Assembly: GCF_000009045.1 (NCBI RefSeq)
Contig: NC_000964.3
Coordinates: 1,890,001 to 1,922,000, forward strand
Source: Bacillus subtilis subsp. subtilis str. 168
Lineage (GTDB): Bacteria; Bacillota; Bacilli; Bacillales; Bacillaceae
DNA length: 32,000 nt
Reading direction: 5' to 3'
Below are positions 10,515 to 19,085 of the stretch, one piece after another. A program made the position numbers and the translations under genes. Below the pieces are notes generated by a model. That model was not told the DNA's origin. It saw nothing but the letters and a program-made list of their open reading frames with translations, and searched no databases. Numbering within the stretch: the first letter of the stretch is position 1; each line of letters starts with the position of its first letter.

Positions 10515-11070
10515 ACAAAATAAATCCTTGGCTGTCTTCATGCTGTGTGATTGATCAATGGAGGTTTCAGCCAAGGTACATATAAATATTATGTATAAAA
10601 TGAATATTTTAATACGAAGGATTTAATTAAAAACAAAGTTTAAAAAGGGAAGTTTTGAAAAAGTGAAATAGTAATAACTAAAGTCGATAAAGAACCTAAA
10701 GATGTCAAAGAAACAATTTTTCTGGTGCTTTGCTTTTTTGAAGGTTTACTTAGCTCGTGGATAACTGCCCCCCATAAAAGCATGGATGCTAAAATTATAA
10801 TACTTATATACATAAAGATGCTCCTTTTATTATATTTACAGTTTTTACATTTTTATCGATTTTACCACATTTAGGATTGAGTTGTCGATGAAACAAGCAT
10901 CTCTATAAAGAAATACTTTTATCTAAATTTTTATAAATAGGGGAAGGCAACTAAAAACTAGTAATGCCACTAATAATAAGCCAAGTTAAATGACTTGTGT
11001 TCATTAATAATTGAATTTTACAGCAGCCATGAGCACAAAAAAATCTGAGTTCGTCGATAAATATCATAAA

Positions 11071-11095
11071 AAAGCCCCCGGTATGTCGCCAGGGA
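11071..11095 (-). terminator. terminator-like hairpin downstream of cotU
   Basis: On the minus strand: ccctgg...ccgggggcttttttat. Confidence 0.55.
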
Positions 11096-11116
11096 ATAAA
11101 TAGACGTTTAAGAGAT

Positions 11117-11377
11117 TTAGTGATGTTTTTTATATGATTCGACAAAATCATAATAATGATCATCGTCATCATAATACTTTTTTTCGTAATGATAATCGTG
11201 ATCATCGTAATACTTTTTATCATGGTCATCATACTTTTTGTCGTAATCATAATGTTTTTTATCATGATCATAATACTTGTCGCAATCATAATGCTTCTTA
11301 TCATTGTCGTAATACTTTTTGTAATATGTTTTTTTCCAAGTATAATACTCTTCTTTATATTTTTTATAATAACCCAA
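11117..11377 (-). CDS. cotU: spore coat protein CotU (86 aa, Tyr/Lys/Asp-rich)
   Basis: MGYYKKYKEEYYTWKKTYYKKYYDNDKKHYDCDKYYDHDKKHYDYDKKYDDHDKKYY...; RBS AAGGAGG; paralog of CotC in the same window. Confidence 0.93.
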   Translation of the reverse strand: MGYYKKYKEEYYTWKKTYYKKYYDNDKKHYDCDKYYDHDKKHYDYDKKYDDHDKKYYDDHDYHYEKKYYDDDDHYYDFVESYKKHH

Positions 11378-11896
11378 TTAAATTCCTCCTTTATGTTATT
11401 CGAATTTAATTTATGAAGTTTAAATGATATGGTATGGTCAAATGAAATAAGAATAGTAAAAAGAGGCTGTTTAAAACACTTTCTGAAAAACAAAACGGAT
11501 AGCTGTTTATGAAAATAAGAGCGAGAGAGAGCACTCAATCACTGTAAAATAATAGTAAAGTGTATAGAGAGATTAGTATACGTAAAAAGGGACTTTCTCA
11601 TTGAAGAATATTTGAACGTTATGGTTAAGATTCAAGAGCTCTATGATGTGATTTTTCACACTGCTTTTGAAGGATTTAGAGTTAGACATCAAAAACAAAC
11701 AGCAAAACCGGCTAGAAACAGATCATATAAGGAATGAACCGCTGCCAAATATCATAAAAAAGTTGTTAATGATCAAATGAATGAAATTAGAGAGAATTTA
11801 TTTTAAAGAAAGCCCAATTGCACATGGACAAATGACAATTGATATTGAGGTAAAATACAATGCATTAAATCAGAAAAAGCTATTGGAGGATTTAAT

Positions 11897-12073
11897 GTGT
11901 TTAGACAATTTCCAATTTGGTATACACAAACACCTGACTATTTGAATTTTTATGTACCGCAATATCAAACCATTTCGTATAATCCTCAACAATGTTATCA
12001 ACGGTGTATGTACCAAACTGGCGGTAACTATGAGCTATGTGACAGACTATGTTATGGAGAAATACAGGTGTAA
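11897..12073 (+). CDS. candidate 58-aa Cys/Tyr-rich small protein (GTG start)
   Basis: GGAGGA (11885-11890), 6-nt gap, GTG; VFRQFPIWYTQTPDYLNFYVPQYQTISYNPQQCYQRCMYQTGGNYELCDRLCYGEIQV; followed by AAGAGG...CCTCTT hairpin. Confidence 0.45.
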   Translation: MFRQFPIWYTQTPDYLNFYVPQYQTISYNPQQCYQRCMYQTGGNYELCDRLCYGEIQV

Positions 12074-12218
12074 AAGAGGGGGATTAACTCCTCTTTAAAC
12101 ACACAGTGAGTGGAATAAGATCCTCACTTTATCTGCAAGTGCTTAGTATTTGCGATAATATTGCATTCGTAATAAATTATGCTTAGCAACTGAAAATGAA
12201 AGAAGGATATGAATAGTC

Positions 12219-13058
12219 ATGACGCAATTCGATAAACAATACAATTCAATTATAAAGGATATTATCAATAATGGAATCTCAGACGAAGAGTTTGATGTAA
12301 GAACCAAGTGGGACTCAGATGGAACACCGGCACATACTCTAAGTGTAATCAGTAAGCAAATGAGATTCGACAACTCAGAGGTTCCGATTTTAACGACAAA
12401 AAAGGTTGCCTGGAAAACAGCCATTAAAGAGTTGCTCTGGATTTGGCAGCTGAAATCTAATGATGTTAATGATTTAAACATGATGGGCGTCCATATTTGG
12501 GATCAGTGGAAACAAGAAGACGGAACCATCGGACATGCATATGGATTTCAGCTGGGGAAGAAAAACAGAAGTCTAAATGGAGAAAAAGTGGATCAGGTAG
12601 ACTATCTTCTTCATCAATTGAAGAACAATCCATCTTCACGCAGACACATTACAATGCTGTGGAATCCTGATGAATTAGACGCAATGGCCTTAACGCCATG
12701 TGTATACGAGACACAATGGTACGTTAAACATGGGAAACTCCACCTTGAGGTAAGAGCACGGAGCAATGATATGGCATTGGGAAATCCATTCAATGTATTC
12801 CAGTATAATGTGTTGCAGCGCATGATTGCTCAAGTGACTGGTTATGAGCTTGGTGAATATATCTTTAACATTGGGGATTGCCATGTGTACACACGTCATA
12901 TAGACAATTTGAAAATTCAAATGGAAAGAGAACAGTTTGAAGCACCTGAACTATGGATCAATCCTGAAGTGAAAGATTTTTATGACTTTACCATTGATGA
13001 TTTCAAGTTAATCAACTATAAACATGGGGACAAGCTTTTATTTGAGGTAGCGGTTTAA
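12219..13058 (+). CDS. thyA: thymidylate synthase
   Basis: 279 aa; DEFDVRTKWDSDGTPAHTL, MLWNPDELDAMALTPCVYETQWYV, RSNDMALGNPFNVFQY. Confidence 0.97.
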   Translation: MTQFDKQYNSIIKDIINNGISDEEFDVRTKWDSDGTPAHTLSVISKQMRFDNSEVPILTTKKVAWKTAIKELLWIWQLKSNDVNDLNMMGVHIWDQWKQEDGTIGHAYGFQLGKKNRSLNGEKVDQVDYLLHQLKNNPSSRRHITMLWNPDELDAMALTPCVYETQWYVKHGKLHLEVRARSNDMALGNPFNVFQYNVLQRMIAQVTGYELGEYIFNIGDCHVYTRHIDNLKIQMEREQFEAPELWINPEVKDFYDFTIDDFKLINYKHGDKLLFEVAV

Positions 13059-13160
13059 TGCTGCCTTTTTATTGTGCAGTGAATAGATAGCAGGTATCCT
13101 AATTTCATTAAGCAATCTGGAAGATGAATAAAAATTGAAGGACAAACACGTATAATACAT

Positions 13161-13192
13161 AAAAAAGATTAACTCTACAGTTAATCTTTTTT
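13161..13192. terminator. bidirectional intrinsic terminator between thyA and the convergent small ORF
   Basis: AAAAAAGATTAACT-CTAC-AGTTAATCTTTTTT, perfect 14-bp stem. Confidence 0.9.
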
Positions 13193-13393
13193 ATTCAGAA
13201 GAAAATATCCTAACTTTGAAACTAAATACAAAGTAAAAGCAATCATTACAGTTCTAGATATTACAATTCCATGAATAGCTAGATCATATCCAGCAGGTAT
13301 CAACGCATTTGTATTACACATAAAATATATAGATATTAGAAGTGCTACAATAACTAAAATCATTCCAAAAAGACTTGTTTTTTCATATTTCAT
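13181..13393 (-). CDS. small membrane protein, 70 aa (ORF track reports 95 aa to 13468)
   Basis: MKYEKTSLFGMILVIVALLISIYFMCNTNALIPAGYDLAIHGIVISRTVMIAFTLYLVSKLGYFLLNKKD; RBS GGTGG upstream of the internal ATG; two hydrophobic segments. Confidence 0.6.
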   Translation of the reverse strand: MKYEKTSLFGMILVIVALLISIYFMCNTNALIPAGYDLAIHGIVISRTVMIAFTLYLVSKLGYFLLNKKD

Positions 13394-13474
13394 ACCAATT
13401 TCCACCCTTATTAAAGTTAGGTTTAAACAAAAGAGCTGAAGAAACGAACTATGACCAGTATGCTCCAAGGAAAA

Positions 13475-13500
13475 CCGCCAGACAATGCTGGCGGCTTTTT
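13475..13500. terminator. intrinsic terminator CCGCCAG-N6-CTGGCGG with A/T runs on both sides
   Basis: Perfect 7-bp GC-rich stem just past yncM stop. Confidence 0.85.
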
Positions 13501-13510
13501 GCTGCTTCGT

Positions 13511-14263
13511 TTATTTATTAACAGAGATCGTAACGTTATTTCCTGCAACTGAAACCTTTGCGAAATCCTGTGTATCTACCACAGGAGTGACGGCTTTATT
13601 GTCGATAGTGATGTTGTTAAAAGAGGTCGAAAAGGTTGCTTTGATCGCATCACGCTGGCTTTCATACGAAACAGCCGCGGTAGCAAGTGTTTTCCATTTT
13701 GAAATCGTGCCGATGTTGGTTCCTTGAATTTCTGTGATAATCCGTCCGGTGTAGCCGTCATTGTTCGTTCCCCAAAGGGTCATGCGCGTATTGCCGCTTA
13801 AATTTTTATAGATTGTCATTTGGACTGTGCTTCCAGGGCGGAAGCCTTTATTGTATGTGAATTTGTCTTTTCCTTCGATGTACGTTTCTTCATTTTTGGA
13901 CCCAACCTTCATGAGGGGCTTCCAGACGTTGTATTGTTTGCTGTACTGAAGCCCGATATCGGCTTCAGTTCCGCTTGTTGCCCTAAAGCCAGAATAAATA
14001 TAGGGAGTAGAGACCGAGTCGTTGTTTTTGACAGTTTCAGGAAGCACGATTTTAGCTGTAAAAACGGCGCCCGTACTGTTCAGGTAGACACGGCCGCCGA
14101 TTCCGTTAGGCAGCTCGGATGCTGCTTTTGCGACTTGAGCGTCTGCCGCGGGTAAACCTGGTATACCTGATGAAAGGGTTCCGAAAAGAACTGCTGTTCC
14201 TACTGCACCTGCAATCAATACTTTTTTCACCAAAATTCCCCCTTTTGATAGTGGTTTCGCCAT
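13511..14263 (-). CDS. yncM: secreted protein with signal peptide, 250 aa (alternative TTG/GTG start near 14230-14233)
   Basis: [35 protein letters not shown] signal sequence; GGGGG RBS just upstream of the internal TTG/GTG. Confidence 0.85.
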
Positions 14264-14392
14264 TTATTATACCTTATTTTGGAACTGGATTTACGTATAT
14301 AAATCGACAAAATATTTCATTTTGAATGATGTAAGGTCGAAACGCTTCGCCAATCTGAAAGCTATATACCTTTATCAGAGGAAAGAATGAGA

Positions 14393-14779
14393 TCACATTC
14401 GTTTTAACCGATTTGAAATTTTCCTCAAAATAAAAGTACAAATGCTTAAAGAAACGATTATTAAAAGAATGCCCGCTATCGTTTCCAAGCCTGTAAAAAA
14501 GAGGTGACGTTTCATCAATGTCTGTCCTTGTAAAATGATAAAAGCACAGATACCGACTAAGAAAAGAAAACAAATACTTAGGATTGCTAACGCTTTACGT
14601 GAGTATGTTTTCATTTCATCTTTAAAATACAGCAATACGAAAATAAAGCAGATAACATTGGCTATTGTTCTAATCACCTCAAAGCTTTTCATGACAACTG
14701 ATATAAATAGACAAAGTAAAATGAGATAAAATACGATGTTTCTATACAAAAAACCTCTCCTTTTATGTAGGATCCTCAA
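14393..14779 (-). CDS. putative integral membrane protein, 128 aa, unknown function
   Basis: Several hydrophobic segments (NIVFYLILLCLFISVVM; ALAILSICFLFLVGICAFIIL; AGILLIIVSLSICTFIL). Confidence 0.55.
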   Translation of the reverse strand: MRILHKRRGFLYRNIVFYLILLCLFISVVMKSFEVIRTIANVICFIFVLLYFKDEMKTYSRKALAILSICFLFLVGICAFIILQGQTLMKRHLFFTGLETIAGILLIIVSLSICTFILRKISNRLKRM

Positions 14780-14946
14780 AGAGTTTATAAAAGTTTCTTT
14801 GTAACTGCAATAAATTGAATGCGCTCACTTATGAACTAACTAAACTATGTACTAAATATTCACTATTCTTTTTCAGATTCAGTCACCAAGGTTTTCATAG
14901 AAAGGGAAGCTTCAGAAATATACATATAGTGCACAAACAAAAAAGA

Positions 14947-14962
14947 CCCGGCAATAGCCGGG
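14947..14962 (-). terminator. cotC terminator CCCGGC-AATA-GCCGGG with T-run on minus strand
   Basis: Perfect 6-bp GC stem preceded by AAAAAG on + strand. Confidence 0.85.
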
Positions 14963-14994
14963 GGAAAGTAAAAACGAGGAGATGTTAATGGCGT

Positions 14995-15195
14995 TTAGTA
15001 GTGTTTTTTATGCTTTTTATACTCTACAACATAATCATAGTCTTTTTTATCGTGATCATAATATTTTTTATCATAGTCATCATATTTTTTGTCGTAATCA
15101 CAGTCATAATCTTTTTTATCATATTCGTAATACTTCTTATAATACGTTTTTTTGACCGTATAATACTCTTCTTTGTATTTTTTGTAATAACCCAT
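14995..15195 (-). CDS. cotC: spore coat protein CotC (66 aa); the track's 118-aa ORF is an upstream extension
   Basis: MGYYKKYKEEYYTVKKTYYKKYYEYDKKDYDCDYDKKYDDYDKKYYDHDKKDYDYVVEYKKHKKHY; RBS AAGGAGG. Confidence 0.95.
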   Translation of the reverse strand: MGYYKKYKEEYYTVKKTYYKKYYEYDKKDYDCDYDKKYDDYDKKYYDHDKKDYDYVVEYKKHKKHY

Positions 15196-15369
15196 ATATA
15201 CTCCTCCTTTATTTTTACTACGCTTTATTATACGGCGAGTAGATTTTGCGGCTTGGACAGTTAAAATCATAGAAGGAAAAAAGGGCTGTCCAAATGATAG
15301 AAAAAGACAGATGACACAAAAACAAATCAAAATAAAGAGCCGATTTTTCATCGGCCCAAACGATTTATC

Positions 15370-15558
15370 CTACATTTGTTTGTCTTCTTTGTTTTCTGAG
15401 TCATTTTTTCTGATATCCTGAGTCAGTCCGCTTGTTGCTTGTTTAAATTCTGATAAGGCTTTTCCTGCTGCACGGCCAAGCGCCGGCAGTTTATCAGGCC
15501 CAAATACTAAAAAACCCACAAACAAAATAACGAGTATTTTTGTGAAGCTTAATTCCAT
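15370..15558 (-). CDS. tatAC: Sec-independent protein translocase component TatAc (62 aa; track ORF extends to 15597)
   Basis: MELSFTKILVILFVGFLVFGPDKLPALGRAAGKALSEFKQATSG; RBS AAGGGGA... upstream. Confidence 0.96.
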   Translation of the reverse strand: MELSFTKILVILFVGFLVFGPDKLPALGRAAGKALSEFKQATSGLTQDIRKNDSENKEDKQM

Positions 15559-15808
15559 ATCCTTTTCCCCCTGATTGAAGTACAACCTTTTAAACAAATT
15601 ATAAGAGATAGCAGTACAAATGGGAATGCATTTATTTTGAACATTTTAAAACCAGCACAAAGACGGATTCATAAAACGGCTGCTGCTGAATATAATGTCC
15701 AATGCCACCTGCCTAAGAAGCAGGAGGCAGGCTGGATCAATTATGTAGCTCTGCCGGAAATGATACAAACGTAGCGGCTATCATTGACATAGAGGAGTGG
15801 TGTAGCTG

Positions 15809-16207
15809 ATGAGATTCACTAAGGTAGTTGGATTTTTGTCTGTTTTAGGGTTGGCTGCGGTTTTTCCATTAACGGCACAAGCAGAAAAAGCCGGAACTGC
15901 GGGGGCTGGAGAGTGGGATAAGTTGGGGACTTACACATATACTTACTCAAGTCCGACGGTATACTCGACCGGAGGAGATTTTAGAGTGTGCCTTTCAGGA
16001 AGCACTCCTTTTTCTGTTTCACTGCACTTATATGAGGATGATCCCGGTGACAATCCTGATGATTATGTAGGGGCAAACTATTTTTCACCCGGAGAATGCC
16101 ACACCTTTGGCAGTATTGGAAAATTTGTAGATGGGAGCAATAACAAGGCCGAGTTCTTTGTTACCGATTACTCTGGTAAATCTAAAACTGTTACGTTTTA
16201 TGATTGA
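15809..16207 (+). CDS. yndA: secreted protein YndA (132 aa, signal peptide, two Cys)
   Basis: MRFTKVVGFLSVLGLAAVFPLTAQA signal peptide. Confidence 0.88.
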   Translation: MRFTKVVGFLSVLGLAAVFPLTAQAEKAGTAGAGEWDKLGTYTYTYSSPTVYSTGGDFRVCLSGSTPFSVSLHLYEDDPGDNPDDYVGANYFSPGECHTFGSIGKFVDGSNNKAEFFVTDYSGKSKTVTFYD

Positions 16208-16245
16208 TGGACTCAAATTGTGAAGTATAACCCTTGGAAAAAAAC

Positions 16246-16273
16246 AAAAAAGAGAGATACCTCTCTCTTTTTT
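16246..16273. terminator. bidirectional terminator between convergent yndA and yndB
   Basis: AAAAAAGAGAGA-TACC-TCTCTCTTTTTT perfect 12-bp stem. Confidence 0.9.
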
Positions 16274-16706
16274 ATTCTTCGACAGCCTTACGAAGCCGTT
16301 CATTTACAATGCCAGTCCAGCCGCCATCCATCTTACCGCGAACGACGGAGCTTTTCTCGTTTGCTTTGCCGATCACTTCATTCGGCTCTTTCCAGCCGCT
16401 GTGAATAAGGGTAAACCCTGTCTTTTCCCCCAAGTCTTCTAATTGAAAGGTAACGACCCATCCTTCTGTATCCCATTCAAAAGAAAGTTCAGTTGGAGCT
16501 TGAACAGCCAAAACTTTACAAGGGGACGGCCCAAACGGCGATTGTAAGTGAAATTCTTGTCCTTCTTTGAGCTGAAAGTCATTGGGCATAAACCACTTGG
16601 CAATGCCTTCTGAAGTAGAGACTGTCTCCCAGACTTTCTGAATGGGAGCCTCCAGAGTAATGCTTTTTGTAATATCCGGTAATGCATTTTCGTTGTTTTG
16701 AGCCAT
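16272..16706 (-). CDS. yndB: START/SRPBCC (AHSA1-like) domain protein
   Basis: [24 protein letters not shown] ... [21 protein letters not shown]. Confidence 0.9.
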
Positions 16707-16879
16707 TTCGTTTACCTCTTGACATATGATGTTTTTTCAATTCAATCATATAATAACTAATAAGATCATGTCCATAGCGTGCATTATTTATGCTAGAGCT
16801 GCTGTTGAACAGCGTGTCAGTCGCCAGTCTGATCTGTGAATGGGAGAATTCTGCATGCGCGAAAAAGAGAGAGAGGTGT

Positions 16880-16975
16880 ATGTTGTCATTTCGTTCATTC
16901 TTGTTTGCAGCCGCAACTGTTATGTTTGAACTGGGATTCCTGTTCAGCCAATTTATTTTGCGATTTTTGTTTTAA
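16880..16975 (+). CDS. candidate 31-aa hydrophobic micropeptide (internal start of the track's 61-aa ORF)
   Basis: AGAGAGGTG immediately before ATG; MLSFRSFLFAAATVMFELGFLFSQFILRFLF. Confidence 0.4.
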   Translation: MLSFRSFLFAAATVMFELGFLFSQFILRFLF

Positions 16976-17012
16976 TAGTAAATGAGCCATTTTCTAAAAC
17001 AGGAGGTTTTTT

Positions 17013-17201
17013 ATGCTTGGAAAAATCAAAGCAGCCATTGATAATAGTCCAGGGAAGCCGGCCAGAATTTTAGTTAGTGAAAAAGCGTTTCAGCAATTAG
17101 AGGAAGAAATGCGCTTTGTTTACGTTTCCAAACCGAAAACGATAATGGGGATTCCTGTGGAAGTTTCAGATCAGGCAGAAAGCTTCAAGCTGGAATTTTA
17201 G
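17013..17201 (+). CDS. small conserved protein, 62 aa (possibly ynzB)
   Basis: Strong RBS CAGGAGG 7 nt before ATG; MLGKIKAAIDNSPGKPARILVSEKAFQQLEEEMRFV.... Confidence 0.75.
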   Translation: MLGKIKAAIDNSPGKPARILVSEKAFQQLEEEMRFVYVSKPKTIMGIPVEVSDQAESFKLEF

Positions 17202-17266
17202 TTTTCCCAGACTGCTAAAAGGCTCATTTTGTGTTAATTATGCAAAATGGTCAGGTTGATTTCTTT

Positions 17267-17297
17267 AAAAGCATGATGAAATGTTCATCATGCTTTT
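17267..17297 (+). terminator. intrinsic terminator AAAAGCATGATGAA-ATG-TTCATCATGCTTTT + T-run
   Basis: Perfect 14-bp stem with 3-nt loop. Confidence 0.88.
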
Positions 17298-17373
17298 TTA
17301 TTGAGAAAAAAGACGAACATAAAAAATAGGTATACGGGAAAAATAATCCTATTAGAGAGAGGGGAACTGACAG

Positions 17374-17484
17374 ATGGATAACATGATATCAACACTTACT
17401 GACTGGAATGTGTGGTTTCAAGCGTTAGTAGTATTTCTCGTTCCATATGTAATCTATAAAGTGTTTACTTGGATTCATGTATAA
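17374..17484 (+). CDS. candidate 36-aa single-TM micro-ORF upstream of yndD
   Basis: RBS GAGAGGGG; MDNMISTLTDWNVWFQALVVFLVPYVIYKVFTWIHV, stop 10 nt before yndD. Confidence 0.55.
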   Translation: MDNMISTLTDWNVWFQALVVFLVPYVIYKVFTWIHV

Positions 17485-17493
17485 GAAGGTGCA

Positions 17494-19056
17494 ATGATGA
17501 GGTGGCGGAACAATCAGTACAAAACACAGAAGCAGCATAAATCAGATTATTCGACAGCTGAAAAGCAGGATCAGGATGTGTTAACCGGTAACATCGGATA
17601 CGACTTAGAACATGTAAAAAGAAAAATAGGACATAACGGGGACGTTCATTTCCGTGAGCTTGAAATCACTCAATTACATGTGAAAGCGGCATTGATCTTT
17701 GTTGAAGGACTGTCTGATCAGGACTTGATTAATAAAGGACTATCAGTGTTAGTCATGAATCAACCTAATCAGGTAAGCGATGAAATTTCTCAATCCGGCA
17801 AAGGTATTTTAACTTCGAAACAGATAAAAAATCAAATCGTATCAATCGGTGATGTCATAGATTCAGAGAAAATCAGTGATATCGTGTTGAATGTTTTCAT
17901 GGGTTCGACAGCGCTTCTCATCGATGGAATACCGCAGGCCTTTCTTCTGGGAACTGTAAAAAAACAAAATCGAAGTATCGAGGAGCCGCTTTCAGAAGCG
18001 CTTGTCAGAGGGCCGCGCACAGGCTTTACAGAAGAGTTGAGTACGAATACAGCTCTTTTGAGACAGCAAGGAAAAAATGATCAATTAACATTGCAGAGAT
18101 TTGAAGTAGGAACACGATTAAAAAAGGATTTAATTATCGCTTATATGAATGACATTGCAGATCCAAAAGTAGTCGAGGAAGTAAGAAAAAGAGTGAGAGG
18201 GATTGAGATCGATCATTTGCCGGAGTCAGGCTACGTTGAACAGTTAATTGAGGATAATTATTTGAGCCCGTTCCCGCAAGTACAGAGTACAGAACGTCCT
18301 GATCGCGTCATAAGCGGATTAATGGAAGGAAGAGTAGCTATTCTGCTTGACGGCACTCCGTTTGCTTTGATTGTTCCAGTCACTTTCAGCATGATGCTTC
18401 AATCGCCTGAAGATTATTATGAACGGTGGTTCCCGAGCTCGCTCATCAGATTGCTGAGGTTCATCGCAGCAATGATAACGTTATTCGCACCCGCTTTATA
18501 TATATCATTTATTTCTTTTCATCCTGGGTTAATTCCGACCAAGCTGGCGATTTCAATTTCCGGGACGCGCCAAGGTGTTCCGTTCCCATCTCTGATTGAA
18601 GCCTTATTTATGGAAGTCGCGATTGAAATTTTAAGAGAGGCGGGGCTTCGTTTGCCAAAACCAATTGGACCCGCAATAGGCATAGTTGGCGGATTAATCA
18701 TCGGGGAAGCAGCTGTGCAGGCGGGGATTGTCAGTCCAATCATGGTCATTGTTGTTGCGCTCACAGCAATTTCTTCATTTGCCATCCCGCATTATAGCAC
18801 AGGTATAGCACTTCGGATGCTTCGGTTTGGCGCGATGTTTTGTGCGGCGGTGTTTGGATTGTTTGGAGTCATTATGTATTATCTGCTGCTAAGCAGCCAT
18901 GTCGTAAAGCTAAAGAGCTTTGGTGTGCCATACGCAAGTCCGGCAGTGCCCTATCACTTAAAAGATTGGAAAGACTTTGTTATCAGAATGCCTCTTTTAG
19001 TCATGAAGCGCCGGCCTAAAATGATGAATACAGATAATACAAAACGGGTGAAGTGA
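17494..19056 (+). CDS. yndD: spore germination receptor A-subunit (GerAA family)
   Basis: 520 aa; [77 protein letters not shown]. Confidence 0.96.
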
Positions 19057-19085
19057 TGAACTCGACAGGATGGTGATAAAGTCTC

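Noticed and set aside
10526-10576. CCTTGGCTG ... CAGCCAAGG inverted repeat downstream of yncF as a terminator
   Set aside because: The arms are perfect but the loop is 33 nt and there is no T-run; at most a weak 3' structure.
11134-11416. Two 86-91 aa + strand ORFs (poly-Ile / His-Asn-Arg rich)
   Set aside because: Both are antisense shadows of the low-complexity cotU coding sequence; the compositions follow directly from Tyr/Lys/Asp codons read in reverse.
10951-11538. 195-aa minus-strand ORF overlapping cotU in another frame
   Set aside because: Lys/Ile/Met/Thr low-complexity read-through of the cotU repeat in an alternate frame; no RBS support.
9188-13058. Intact prophage or defence island around yncE-thyA
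   Set aside because: Only metabolic genes (dUTPase, thymidylate synthase) and small remnants are present; there are no structural, integrase, toxin-antitoxin or nuclease/helicase defence modules.
13820-14155. 111-aa + strand ORF inside yncM
   Set aside because: Antisense to a well-supported secreted protein gene; no RBS.
15001-15264. 87-aa Ile/Phe-rich + strand ORF resembling a membrane protein
   Set aside because: Antisense of cotC; the hydrophobicity is an artefact of the complement of Lys/Asp/Tyr codons.
11000-15300. CRISPR array or tandem DNA repeat at cotU/cotC
   Set aside because: Repeated short units are coding (Y/K/D repeats), irregular in spacing, and there are no unique spacers or cas genes.
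14995-15351. 118-aa cotC with apparent signal peptide
   Set aside because: The canonical CotC start MGYY with AAGGAGG RBS lies at 15195; the upstream part is open frame only, though it does look signal-peptide-like and might merit a glance.
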